37,504 bases of DNA from a virus (lineage: Duplodnaviria > Caudoviricetes), in the IMG/VR virus record IMGVR_UViG_3300029171_000026, positions 1 through 37,504 of that record, one strand, 5' to 3'. Below, in pieces: positions 26,007 to 34,279 of this stretch (position 1 is the stretch's first letter; every line of letters starts with the position of its first letter). The translations under genes and the position numbers were made by a program. The notes beneath the pieces were generated by a model. It did not search any database, was not told the origin of the DNA, and saw nothing but the letters and a program-made list of their open reading frames with translations.

Positions 26007-26059
26007 TGGGGCTAGGGATTGCAACCCGAAGCCACGCCACTCCCTCGGTGTGCGCCCCA
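26007..26059 (+). ncRNA. c4/CI-like three-stem-junction RNA
   Basis: TGGGGC/GCCCCA, GGG/CCC and CACGCC/GGTGTG stems; GGCTAGGG...CCCGAA pattern; loop complementary to downstream RBS region. Confidence 0.6.
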
Positions 26060-26105
26060 ATATTTTCTAGAGGGTTTTGCCACTGATGGGGCGAGGGAGA
26101 GGTAA

Positions 26106-26771
26106 ATGACCGGCTGGGTTAAGCTACATAAATCAATTATTAACTGGGAATGGTATTCTGACGCAAACACGTTCAGGGTATTTATGCACCTACTACTAAG
26201 CGTAAATCACGAAAATAAACGCTATATGGGTCACGATGTACCAATAGGTTCCGCCGTTTCAGGCCGACATTCCTTAGCAAAAGCACTAGGTTTATCAGAA
26301 CAGTCTGTTAGGACTGCACTTACTAAGCTAAAATCAACCAGCGAAATAACCATCAAGAAAACCAACAAATTCTCAATAATATCAATCAATAACTGGTCTA
26401 AGTATCAGACGATCAACCAGCAAAGCAACATTCCATCAACCAACAATCAACCAACAATCAACCAACAATCAACCACACCTAAAGAAGTAAAGAAGAAAGA
26501 AGTAAAGACTATTACCGCGCCTGCAGGCGTATCGTCAGAGGTATGGGAAGATTTTGTCGAGCACCGTAAATCCATGGATGCCCCCGTATCTAAAACAGCA
26601 CTTAATGGAATTCAGCGCGAAGCCATAAAAGCCGGATGGGCACTAGAGGAAGCCTTAAGAGAGTGTTGTGTAAGGGGTTGGCGCGGCTTCAAATCCGAAT
26701 GGGTTCCAAAGAAAACATCCACTCCACAATCAAACATGGCAAAACATTTAGAAATAATGGGGATCAAATGA
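26106..26771 (+). CDS. Replication initiator (O-like, N-terminal wHTH)
   Basis: GWVKLH.SI..WEWY.D; SLAKALGLSEQSVRTAL; W.DFVEHRK...GWRGFK.EW; internal iterons. Confidence 0.82.
   Translation: MTGWVKLHKSIINWEWYSDANTFRVFMHLLLSVNHENKRYMGHDVPIGSAVSGRHSLAKALGLSEQSVRTALTKLKSTSEITIKKTNKFSIISINNWSKYQTINQQSNIPSTNNQPTINQQSTTPKEVKKKEVKTITAPAGVSSEVWEDFVEHRKSMDAPVSKTALNGIQREAIKAGWALEEALRECCVRGWRGFKSEWVPKKTSTPQSNMAKHLEIMGIK
26412..26476 (+). repeat. Iteron-like repeats, probable replication origin
   Basis: ATCAACCAACA x3 in tandem (26435-26467) plus variants. Confidence 0.7.
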
Positions 26772-27958
26772 AAGACTTAGTTATCGAAGCCGAACAACTC
26801 TTAATCGGAAGCCTTATCACACGACCAGCATTAATCCTTGAAGCTGATTTACAGGCTGACGACTTTGTGGATGAATTACACGGCTATGTTTTTAGCCAAA
26901 TGCGCGGCCTTTACACAGCCCAGCAGGAATTTACCATGGCAGACTTTGCCGGTATCCTTCCGGAAGAACAATTCACGTATTTGCGCGATCTGGTTGAAAA
27001 CGTCATTTCACCGAGCAATTCAAGCGTCAAGGAACAGGCGCATATCATTTCCCAATATGCAGAAAGACAAAGGATGATGCATGCGGTTATGAGCGTTAAC
27101 AAAAGCATGTCAAACTCGGAAATCCGTTCCATACTTCAATCAGCCCTATCTGGAGAGAAGAAGAAATCACTGGTTAAATCCGGTGAAGACGTTTTCCGCG
27201 AAGTCGAGGAATCCTTAAAACTCCCACCGGAAGTGTACAAAACCGGCCTTGATTGTCTAGACCTTGGCATGGGTGGTGGTTTATACCGTGGTTTCGTATA
27301 CGGCTTATGTGGTGCGGAGAAGTCAGGCAAAACGACTTTAGCCCATACGATTAGCTATAATCTGGACAGATTAGGCACAAAACACCTCTATGTCGCCCTG
27401 GAGATGGGAAGCAAGTATATCGAGCAACGCAATATAAGCCGAGATTTGGGCTGTAACAGCCTTGTATTCTTAAATGGTAGGGATGTAGCCAAAAACAATC
27501 TACACCGCGCCCAGAAGCGTTCTAATGTCTTTTATTTGGATTCTCCGGGGGCGATCCTTGATGAAATTCTGGATGAGGCGGAAAAATCCATCATTCGGCA
27601 TGGTATTACGGGAATGATTCTGGATTATTGGCAGTTGGTTTCCGCGATTGACAACAGAAGCACAGAGGAAAAGCATTTAAGGGATGTAGCCCAGAAGATT
27701 GCCGACTTCGCCAAGAAAAAAAACATATGGGTAATTATATTAGCCCAAATGAACAATGACGGGAAGTTATTCGGCGGCGGCGGACTGAAAAAAGCCTGTG
27801 AACAGCTTTACATGATTAAAACCCCAGACGGATACCCTGAAGCCCGTTATTTGGAAATGGATGCAAGCCGATACACGATTAAGGCTGATATAGGAACAGA
27901 AATGGTTCCGAGCTTGATTATGGATCAGATGGTCGGGCCGTATTTCAAAGAACTGTAA
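26768..27958 (+). CDS. DnaB-like replicative helicase
   Basis: Walker A GAEKSGKTT, ALEM, ILDYWQL, LAQMN; ATGA coupling gives start 26768. Confidence 0.88.
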   Translation: MKDLVIEAEQLLIGSLITRPALILEADLQADDFVDELHGYVFSQMRGLYTAQQEFTMADFAGILPEEQFTYLRDLVENVISPSNSSVKEQAHIISQYAERQRMMHAVMSVNKSMSNSEIRSILQSALSGEKKKSLVKSGEDVFREVEESLKLPPEVYKTGLDCLDLGMGGGLYRGFVYGLCGAEKSGKTTLAHTISYNLDRLGTKHLYVALEMGSKYIEQRNISRDLGCNSLVFLNGRDVAKNNLHRAQKRSNVFYLDSPGAILDEILDEAEKSIIRHGITGMILDYWQLVSAIDNRSTEEKHLRDVAQKIADFAKKKNIWVIILAQMNNDGKLFGGGGLKKACEQLYMIKTPDGYPEARYLEMDASRYTIKADIGTEMVPSLIMDQMVGPYFKEL

Positions 27959-27976
27959 AAATGTTTTATTTTCTTG

Positions 27977-28004
27977 TTGACATCAGGTATGGATCGGGTA
28001 AATT
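27977..28004 (+). promoter_or_regulatory. Rightward promoter of early arm
   Basis: TTGACA-N16-TAAATT, then CAGGAG RBS. Confidence 0.55.
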
Positions 28005-28034
28005 AAGATGGTAAAAAACAAACAGGAGACTGAA

Positions 28035-28346
28035 ATGACACAGAAACACACGGCTTTACCTTGGTCTTGGCGATCTGAAACGGATAAAGACTATCCAAAA
28101 GATTATGATCTGGACAATATTGTCAATTCGGAAGGTAAATATGTTCTTTCAATTTATGGCAATCAGTCCAAGCGCAAGAACCCAGATTATGCCTTTATCG
28201 TCCGCGCCTGCAATAGCCATTATGAATTGCTGGAAGCTTTGAATAAAATACTACATCAACCAAACAATACAATATCTGACGGAAAAGCACTAGAAGCCAT
28301 TATTAAAATCGCACGATCTGCAATAGAAAAAGCAGAGGGTAAATAA
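28035..28346 (+). CDS. Hypothetical phage protein (KHT..PW...IVRACN..ELLEAL type)
   Basis: Recurrent phage early-gene motifs; RBS. Confidence 0.65.
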   Translation: MTQKHTALPWSWRSETDKDYPKDYDLDNIVNSEGKYVLSIYGNQSKRKNPDYAFIVRACNSHYELLEALNKILHQPNNTISDGKALEAIIKIARSAIEKAEGK

Positions 28347-28496
28347 ATGACAAGCTGGATCATCATTAGAAAATCAGACAACAAAGCCGTAATGGAAACA
28401 TATAACATCCGTACAGTTCAGGCTATAAATCAAGAAGCGTATCAGGTTGTTCCGGTGATGGATTATCTGGTATCGATTAATGGGGTGGTTAAATGA
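28347..28496 (+). CDS. Hypothetical protein (49 aa, not in ORF track)
   Basis: MTSWIIIRKSDNKAVMET...; coupled on both sides. Confidence 0.55.
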   Translation: MTSWIIIRKSDNKAVMETYNIRTVQAINQEAYQVVPVMDYLVSINGVVK

Positions 28497-28750
28497 TTTT
28501 TAATTCATATGAAGCACCAAGAATGCAATCATTGCATAAGGAATATCACGGTGAATATTTTCTTACACATTGCAAATGGTTTAATGGATGGGGCGGCAGT
28601 AATGAAACTGGCGTACGCAGGGGTGATGAATTTAAACTTATCCAGCATGACTACGATGATTGGCGGCGGGCGGCTGATATTATTAAGCGTGGATTGGATA
28701 AGGGCTGGTCAGTTAACAAAATTACAGATGTATTGGAGCGCGTAAAATGA
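28493..28750 (+). CDS. Hypothetical protein
   Basis: ATGA coupling. Confidence 0.55.
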   Translation: MIFNSYEAPRMQSLHKEYHGEYFLTHCKWFNGWGGSNETGVRRGDEFKLIQHDYDDWRRAADIIKRGLDKGWSVNKITDVLERVK

Positions 28751-28868
28751 CACTCCCAAAATACCCGTTTAACTGGAAAGAGTTCCATGCGTGGAAGAAT
28801 GATATTGACCAATTGAAATTTGATGTGGTCATTGAAGAATTGTTGAGATTTATCCGAGTGGAATTGAA

Positions 28869-29396
28869 ATGATCACGGAAGAACAGTGGAAAGATGTACC
28901 CGGATACGAGAATTACAAAGTATCTAGTACCGGACGGATAATAGGTTCTAAGGGTAAACTTCTTTCCCCATCCATAACAGCAGACGGATATTATAGAGTT
29001 TCTCTATACAAGAACTATCGACATAAATCAAAAAGCGTCCACAGCGTAGTCGCATTAGCTTTTATTGGAGAACGTCCTGACGGTTATCATATTGAGCATA
29101 TAAACCACGATAAATCTAATAACTCAATTTATAATATTAGATATTGTACCCCAAGAGAAAATTATGACAGAGGATTATCCGACAATTTATACGGTAAGGG
29201 TGTAGATCACTCCAGAGTTAAGCTATCAGAAGATGAGGTTATTGAAATATATAACAATAAATTGAGTCAGAGGAAGTTAGCCAAAGAGTATGGGATAAGC
29301 CAAAACATGGTTCACAGAATAAAGTCAGGTAAGAATTGGTCACATGTTACAATCGCTTGCCAAGCCCTATCCGACCACCGCGCAGGGGTGAAGTGA
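28869..29396 (+). CDS. NUMOD4-HNH homing endonuclease with C-terminal HTH
   Basis: WKDVPGYENYKVSSTGRI; VHSVVALAFIG; HINHDKSNN...N; SQRKLAKEYGISQ. Confidence 0.88.
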   Translation: MITEEQWKDVPGYENYKVSSTGRIIGSKGKLLSPSITADGYYRVSLYKNYRHKSKSVHSVVALAFIGERPDGYHIEHINHDKSNNSIYNIRYCTPRENYDRGLSDNLYGKGVDHSRVKLSEDEVIEIYNNKLSQRKLAKEYGISQNMVHRIKSGKNWSHVTIACQALSDHRAGVK

Positions 29397-29635
29397 TGGC
29401 ACACTGGAGAGCGTTTTGCGACAAATGCAATAAGTGCGTCAAAGAAGCTGACGGTCTAGGATGGCTAAACAATTTCTTTTTGCCGGATCGATGCCCGAAT
29501 TGTCACGACTTCAAAAGCAGTTGGCAAATTGACGGGTGGATAAAGCAATACGGGGAAATGGTTAGAGTAACGCCATTTGTCTGGAACATGCCATCTACTT
29601 GGTTTTCAAAATACGTATGGAAAGAAATAAAATGA
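29396..29635 (+). CDS. Hypothetical Zn-binding protein
   Basis: CDKC...CPNC. Confidence 0.55.
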   Translation: MAHWRAFCDKCNKCVKEADGLGWLNNFFLPDRCPNCHDFKSSWQIDGWIKQYGEMVRVTPFVWNMPSTWFSKYVWKEIK

Positions 29636-30009
29636 CCCAAGAAACCCACGACTATGCTTTGGCATTGGATTCGATGCCAACGGTATTATCAGCCAAACAA
29701 GATGGTTTAATTATTTGGTATTTGCAAAATCATAGACGCGTCCGAAAAGCCCTCAAGATCGCGCAGAAGCTGGCGCAGGATCCGAGTGAAGATATGTGGG
29801 GAGGACTTGCCCGCGCTATCATCATGGGTCGTGATATGAACTGTAACACGCGATCAAAAATGCTTGAGCATCTTAAAATGAGTGGTCAGGAAAACATTCC
29901 AGAATGTGTTTTGCGCGAACTGGAAGGTGAGAAGCACATGGCGAAAGGCGATGTCGCTGTATGTGTATTCACCGCCATGCGCGACCAGCTTTACAAGGAG
30001 ATTGAATGA
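29632..30009 (+). CDS. Hypothetical mosaic protein
   Basis: ATGA coupling; LAQDP linker. Confidence 0.6.
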   Translation: MTQETHDYALALDSMPTVLSAKQDGLIIWYLQNHRRVRKALKIAQKLAQDPSEDMWGGLARAIIMGRDMNCNTRSKMLEHLKMSGQENIPECVLRELEGEKHMAKGDVAVCVFTAMRDQLYKEIE

Positions 30010-30158
30010 TGGCTTGCGGCAAACGCCGATACAAGAACGAGAACGATGCAGTCGGCGCGGCGGCAAGGTTAGTCGGAAAAAACGACACAGATTATTTGCG
30101 CCATTATTTTTGCCCTTACTGTAAGGGGTGGCATATCACGAAAGGAAAGAAGAAATGA
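30006..30158 (+). CDS. Small Zn-finger protein (50 aa, not in ORF track)
   Basis: CGKRRY...YFCPYCKGWHIT. Confidence 0.6.
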   Translation: MMACGKRRYKNENDAVGAAARLVGKNDTDYLRHYFCPYCKGWHITKGKKK

Positions 30159-30544
30159 CCGACCAGAGAGATGATGAAATGCCGTTTAAGCGCGGTCAAG
30201 TGTGGGAAAATCCGGACGGTGAATTGATGATGATCCGTGAAACCGTATCATACAACATAGATAACGAGAGAAGACATAAAATCCATTACGTGACCGAAGA
30301 TGGAGAAACTGGAAAATTCTTCTCATGTGATAAGGCTATCGTCAATAATATTACCCGCGCAGACGCAACCATAACCCCCGAACAGGTCGATACGGTGCGG
30401 CGGGCTTTGGAAAATTCAATACGGTCATGCGGGTATGCCAATTCATATGGCGTCCCTGACTACGCTCGAAAAGCGCATATAATTAAGGCTAAAGAAATAT
30501 TAGAAAATACAATCGCAATCCTGCCGCATGGAGAAAAGAAATGA
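30155..30544 (+). CDS. Mosaic hypothetical protein (paralogous frame to 19474-19821)
   Basis: MTD..DEMP...DATITPEQVDTVRRALE...ILPHGEKK. Confidence 0.7.
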   Translation: MTDQRDDEMPFKRGQVWENPDGELMMIRETVSYNIDNERRHKIHYVTEDGETGKFFSCDKAIVNNITRADATITPEQVDTVRRALENSIRSCGYANSYGVPDYARKAHIIKAKEILENTIAILPHGEKK

Positions 30545-30548
30545 CCGA
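30517..30548. repeat. 32-bp perfect inverted repeat with 19470-19501
   Basis: Manual alignment. Confidence 0.95.
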
Positions 30549-31152
30549 TGTTACGTTGAAGCCTTGTCCGTTTTGTGGATCGAAAGATTTAAAGATAAGA
30601 GATATTCTTTCAGAAGACGATAATTCAGCGTATGCAAAATCTGTTTTCTGTAAGGATTGTCATTGTTCAGGCAGACATCATCATCGCATCGGATGGGCTG
30701 AATCAGATCAAGAGGCTAAAGAAGCATGGAACACCCGATCCGAACCTTCCGCGCCGAGTGATGATGAATTGAAAGCGGCGGTTGATTGGTTCAATGGAAT
30801 ATCACCAGAGCATAACAAGGCTTACAAGTATCACGGTGTAACAATTCCGCATGGCGTGATGGAAACAATCCGCAAGCTTGTAATTCCACCTGATCGTCGC
30901 GTTCCAACGTATCGGGATGACCTTATGAAGGGTCTTGTTACTATAAGCGATAAAGGAGTGATGCATCGTGATATAGTTGCTACGATCAAAGACCGAGCCA
31001 CCATTGGCAAGAAATACACGCGAAAACAATTACGTGCCATAGCTTACGAGGATAACGACTTAATAGGCGAAGATTGCACGATAAAATATAATGCTTTTGT
31101 TGCTACAATAAACGCCCTTATCGCCGCTGGCGTTGTCGAGGTGACGGTATGA
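30541..31152 (+). CDS. Lar-family Zn-finger protein, copy 2, with extra internal modules
   Basis: LKPCPFCG...CKDC...EAWNTR...ALIAAGVVEV. Confidence 0.7.
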   Translation: MTDVTLKPCPFCGSKDLKIRDILSEDDNSAYAKSVFCKDCHCSGRHHHRIGWAESDQEAKEAWNTRSEPSAPSDDELKAAVDWFNGISPEHNKAYKYHGVTIPHGVMETIRKLVIPPDRRVPTYRDDLMKGLVTISDKGVMHRDIVATIKDRATIGKKYTRKQLRAIAYEDNDLIGEDCTIKYNAFVATINALIAAGVVEVTV

Positions 31153-31373
31153 TGAATTCTGAACAGTTAAAATTCTCACATATGATCACAGAGCATATTA
31201 ATTCAGGTAATGCCACAGAAATCGTTATAGTATCAAGACAGCAAGCTAGGGAATTAGTTAATATGTACCAAGGAATATTTAGCTGTCAAACAGACGACCC
31301 TATGTGTTTAGGCATTGCTCCTGATGGTAAAATGTATTTTTTGGAACGGATTTCTTACACTAACACCCCTTGA
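31149..31373 (+). CDS. Hypothetical protein
   Basis: ATGA coupling. Confidence 0.5.
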   Translation: MMNSEQLKFSHMITEHINSGNATEIVIVSRQQARELVNMYQGIFSCQTDDPMCLGIAPDGKMYFLERISYTNTP

Positions 31374-31398
31374 ATTAACCTAAATTATCGGCTATCAT
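31370..31398 (+). promoter_or_regulatory. Sigma70-type promoter
   Basis: TTGAAT-N17-TATCAT. Confidence 0.55.
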
Positions 31399-31426
31399 GT
31401 TGATAACAATAAGATATGGAGTAAAT

Positions 31427-31633
31427 ATGGCTAAACATAAACGCAATATTCTAACCGAGCCTGCTAAATGCAAGTATCCTTTTGTCGCATGTCTTGCAGT
31501 ACACGAATTACCCGTACCAGAGGAAGCCTATGACGCTCTAAGGGAATTAGGGGCTAACCACTTTATCAAAACCCCACTCCAACGCAAAGGCATTAAGATG
31601 ATGCGGATCGATGGGTATAAGAAAGATGAATAA
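31427..31633 (+). CDS. Small basic protein with KYPF motif
   Basis: GGAG RBS before MAKHKR. Confidence 0.55.
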   Translation: MAKHKRNILTEPAKCKYPFVACLAVHELPVPEEAYDALRELGANHFIKTPLQRKGIKMMRIDGYKKDE

Positions 31634-31813
31634 AATTATTCAAGACGCAATATCTCATATCGAAAGAGAGATAGGCGAAGCTGAAGCTATGGCAGGAATG
31701 ATGCAAGATTATAACCAAGAATCATATAATGCTTGGCTCTGCCATCTTGCCGCAATGTTATACATAAGAAGTAAGTTAGATGAATAACCCAATCAATTAA
31801 AGGATAGACCCAA

Positions 31814-32095
31814 ATGTGCGATTGCTGTAACTGCGAAGAATACACAGAGCCAACGCCGGAAGAAATTAAGGCGCAAAGATCAGCTAAGGCAAAGTATTAC
31901 ACAGACCTACGCAAGAACGGGGAATCTGGTAAGGCAAGGAACGAATATAGGTTTACAAGATCAACTAAAATAATAAACAATATTCTATTGTCACAGTTTA
32001 TAGATTACTCTGACTTCATCAAGTCTATGGAAAGAGATACGTCCGGCGACTCAATCACTATATCAAAGCCAGACAAGTATCAATGCAAGTGTTAA
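31814..32095 (+). CDS. Hypothetical protein
   Basis: AAGGA RBS. Confidence 0.5.
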   Translation: MCDCCNCEEYTEPTPEEIKAQRSAKAKYYTDLRKNGESGKARNEYRFTRSTKIINNILLSQFIDYSDFIKSMERDTSGDSITISKPDKYQCKC

Positions 32096-32173
32096 TCTTT
32101 TGACAGAACTGTAATAATATCATACAAAGAATATGCCAGAACTTATGGCTATAATTAACATCAGGAGATTAAT

Positions 32174-32530
32174 ATGATTATCAAGGTATACGAAGACACA
32201 ATCCACCAAGACATCCACATTATCGATAATGTTGAAGATGTCGTAGTACACCAGTATATCCGTGGTATTGACACTACAGGAGATATTGAAGGCGATTTAA
32301 CGGTAAAATATATCGAATCAAGTATACACTCATCTTCCAATTGCGATTCGCGCGAAGTTAGCTCACACCCAAGTAAATTTAACCTAAAAACAGGGTCAAT
32401 TCGCGGTGAACATTGCCGCCACATCGATTACACGCGCAATGGTGTAAGGACAAGGCTTATAGTGAGAAATTACGCCTATATCTGTAATGACCAAGGCAAG
32501 ACTATAGAAAAAGTAAGTGTAGGTGCATAA
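32174..32530 (+). CDS. Hypothetical protein
   Basis: AGGAG RBS; upstream TTGACA; AYICNDQGKTIEK C-terminus. Confidence 0.65.
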   Translation: MIIKVYEDTIHQDIHIIDNVEDVVVHQYIRGIDTTGDIEGDLTVKYIESSIHSSSNCDSREVSSHPSKFNLKTGSIRGEHCRHIDYTRNGVRTRLIVRNYAYICNDQGKTIEKVSVGA

Positions 32531-32560
32531 ATTTCCATAGCCGTAGTTGGCTTCCTTCGG

Positions 32561-32600
32561 TAGCCCTATCAGTGTCTCAGCATTGGTAGGGCTATTTGTT
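32561..32600 (+). terminator. Intrinsic terminator ending right arm
   Basis: TAGCCCTATCAGTG/CATTGGTAGGGCTA stem (two G-U pairs) followed by TTTGTT. Confidence 0.75.
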
Positions 32601-32630
32601 GACAATATATTAACTTTGTAACAAAGTAAT
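32599..32630 (+). promoter_or_regulatory. Candidate late promoter/operator upstream of terS
   Basis: TTGACA; palindrome ACTTTGT-A-ACAAAGT at 32613-32627. Confidence 0.45.
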
Positions 32631-32661
32631 AAAGAGTAAATAAACAGTGCAGGAGTGATCC

Positions 32662-32994
32662 ATGTCAGAGGGTGTAGGTAATAACGGCAATCTTATTCCG
32701 GTTAAGCCCGGAGAGGTTAGGAACCCCAAGGGTCGTCCCGTAGGTGCGTTAAGCCGTTCAACAATCGCCCGTAAATGGCTAGAGACAAAATCCGCAGATG
32801 GTTTATTGAACGTTGACAAGGTGTTTCTGGCATTACTGGAAAAGGCAATGTCAGGGGATGTGTCTGCCGCAAAGGAAATGCTGGACAGTGGGTATGGAAA
32901 ACTCACTGATAAACAGGAAGTCACCGGCAAGGATGGGGCTGACATTAATGCTGGCATCCAAGTAACGTTTGTCGCGCCAAAGAAGCATGATTAA
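32662..32994 (+). CDS. terS: Terminase small subunit
   Basis: KPGEVRNPKGRP.G; KAMSGDVSAAKE..D..YGK; EVTGKDG; precedes terL. Confidence 0.78.
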   Translation: MSEGVGNNGNLIPVKPGEVRNPKGRPVGALSRSTIARKWLETKSADGLLNVDKVFLALLEKAMSGDVSAAKEMLDSGYGKLTDKQEVTGKDGADINAGIQVTFVAPKKHD

Positions 32995-34255
32995 TATAAC
33001 AATCCCAGAAGCGTTCCAGTTTCTATTTGAGCCTAAACGCTATAAGGCGGCATATGGTGGCAGGGGATCATCCAAGTCGCACTCTGTGGCTAGGGCATTG
33101 TTAATAATGGCTATGCAGAAGCCTATGCGGATTGGTTGTGGTCGAGAGATCCAGAAATCCATTAAAGATTCCGTCCATAAGCTATTGGCAGACATCATCC
33201 GTCAACATGGGCTGGAAAGCTTCTATGAAATACAGGAAACAGTCATTAAGGGCATGAATGGCTCTGAATTCATTTTCAGGGGCTTAAAGCACAACACACG
33301 GGATTTAAAGTCATTAGAGGGTATTGATATCTTCTGGATCGAGGAAGCCGAGCTAGTTAGCGATAACAGCTATGAAATCCTAATCCCGACCATCCGTAAG
33401 GAAGGGTCAGAGATATGGGCGACATTTAACGTCAAGTCAGTTAACGATCCCACCTATAAGAGGTTTATCACACAGGCAGGGGATGACACGATCTCCAAAA
33501 AGGTATCATGGCGCGACAATCCATTCTTTCCTGATGTATTGTTTAAGGAAATGGAAAAGCTTCGTATATCTGACCCAGATGCCTATGAACATGTATGGGA
33601 AGGGGAACCAGACACACGCCGATCTGGTGCTGTATACGCAAAACAGCTATCAGCCGCCCGTTCTCTGGGCAATATTACCAAAGTGCCTTATGACCCATCA
33701 TGTGAAGTGTTTACGGCTTGGGACTTGGGTTTTGGGGATTCAACCGCTATCTGGTGGCTTCAATTCGTGGGCAGGGAATTACGCTGGCTGGATTGTTACG
33801 AAAACAGCGGAGAACAGTTAGACCATTACGCTGGGGTGATTAAGTCAAAGCCGTATAACTATGCAAGGCGCGGTCATTATCTGCCGCATGACGGTGGTCA
33901 TGGGAATATCCGTGGTGATAGCGTGGCAAGGCAGCTTGAATTGCTTGGCGTGCCAAACACCGTTCTGCAAAGGGAAACGGATATCAATCCCGGCATCGAG
34001 CTACTGCGCCAGACAATCGCCTATTCAGTCTTTGACCATGACAAATGCAAAGATGGCATCCATGCGCTGGAAAACTATGCATATGAATGGGACGAGGAAA
34101 GAATGGTATTCAAGAACAAACCCCGTCATGACTGGACATCCCACTTCGCAGACAGTGCAAGATACGCCGCTATTGCCGCAGGGAAACAAAAGGCAGGGCT
34201 ATCACTCGCGCCTAAATCCGATATGTCCATGCCCTTCGGACGCGCCGCTTTATAA
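32987..34255 (+). CDS. terL: Terminase large subunit (PBSX-like)
   Basis: YGGRGSSKS, REIQKSI, LKSLEG..IFWIEEA, AWDLG, SHFADSARY. Confidence 0.95.
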   Translation: MINITIPEAFQFLFEPKRYKAAYGGRGSSKSHSVARALLIMAMQKPMRIGCGREIQKSIKDSVHKLLADIIRQHGLESFYEIQETVIKGMNGSEFIFRGLKHNTRDLKSLEGIDIFWIEEAELVSDNSYEILIPTIRKEGSEIWATFNVKSVNDPTYKRFITQAGDDTISKKVSWRDNPFFPDVLFKEMEKLRISDPDAYEHVWEGEPDTRRSGAVYAKQLSAARSLGNITKVPYDPSCEVFTAWDLGFGDSTAIWWLQFVGRELRWLDCYENSGEQLDHYAGVIKSKPYNYARRGHYLPHDGGHGNIRGDSVARQLELLGVPNTVLQRETDINPGIELLRQTIAYSVFDHDKCKDGIHALENYAYEWDEERMVFKNKPRHDWTSHFADSARYAAIAAGKQKAGLSLAPKSDMSMPFGRAAL

Positions 34256-34279
34256 TGCAATCTGTGGAATAATACAAAA

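Noticed and set aside
26007-26059. tRNA gene
   Set aside because: Too short, and lacks a T-loop GTTC and an anticodon arm; no tRNA seen anywhere in the window.
26636-26767. N-terminal extension of the helicase ORF
   Set aside because: Overlaps the initiator's conserved C-terminus; the ATGA-coupled start at 26768 is more plausible.
19470-30548. Classical invertase shufflon
   Set aside because: No serine or tyrosine recombinase recognised, and the boxes differ from one another rather than repeating one site; kept only as a homology-driven hypothesis.
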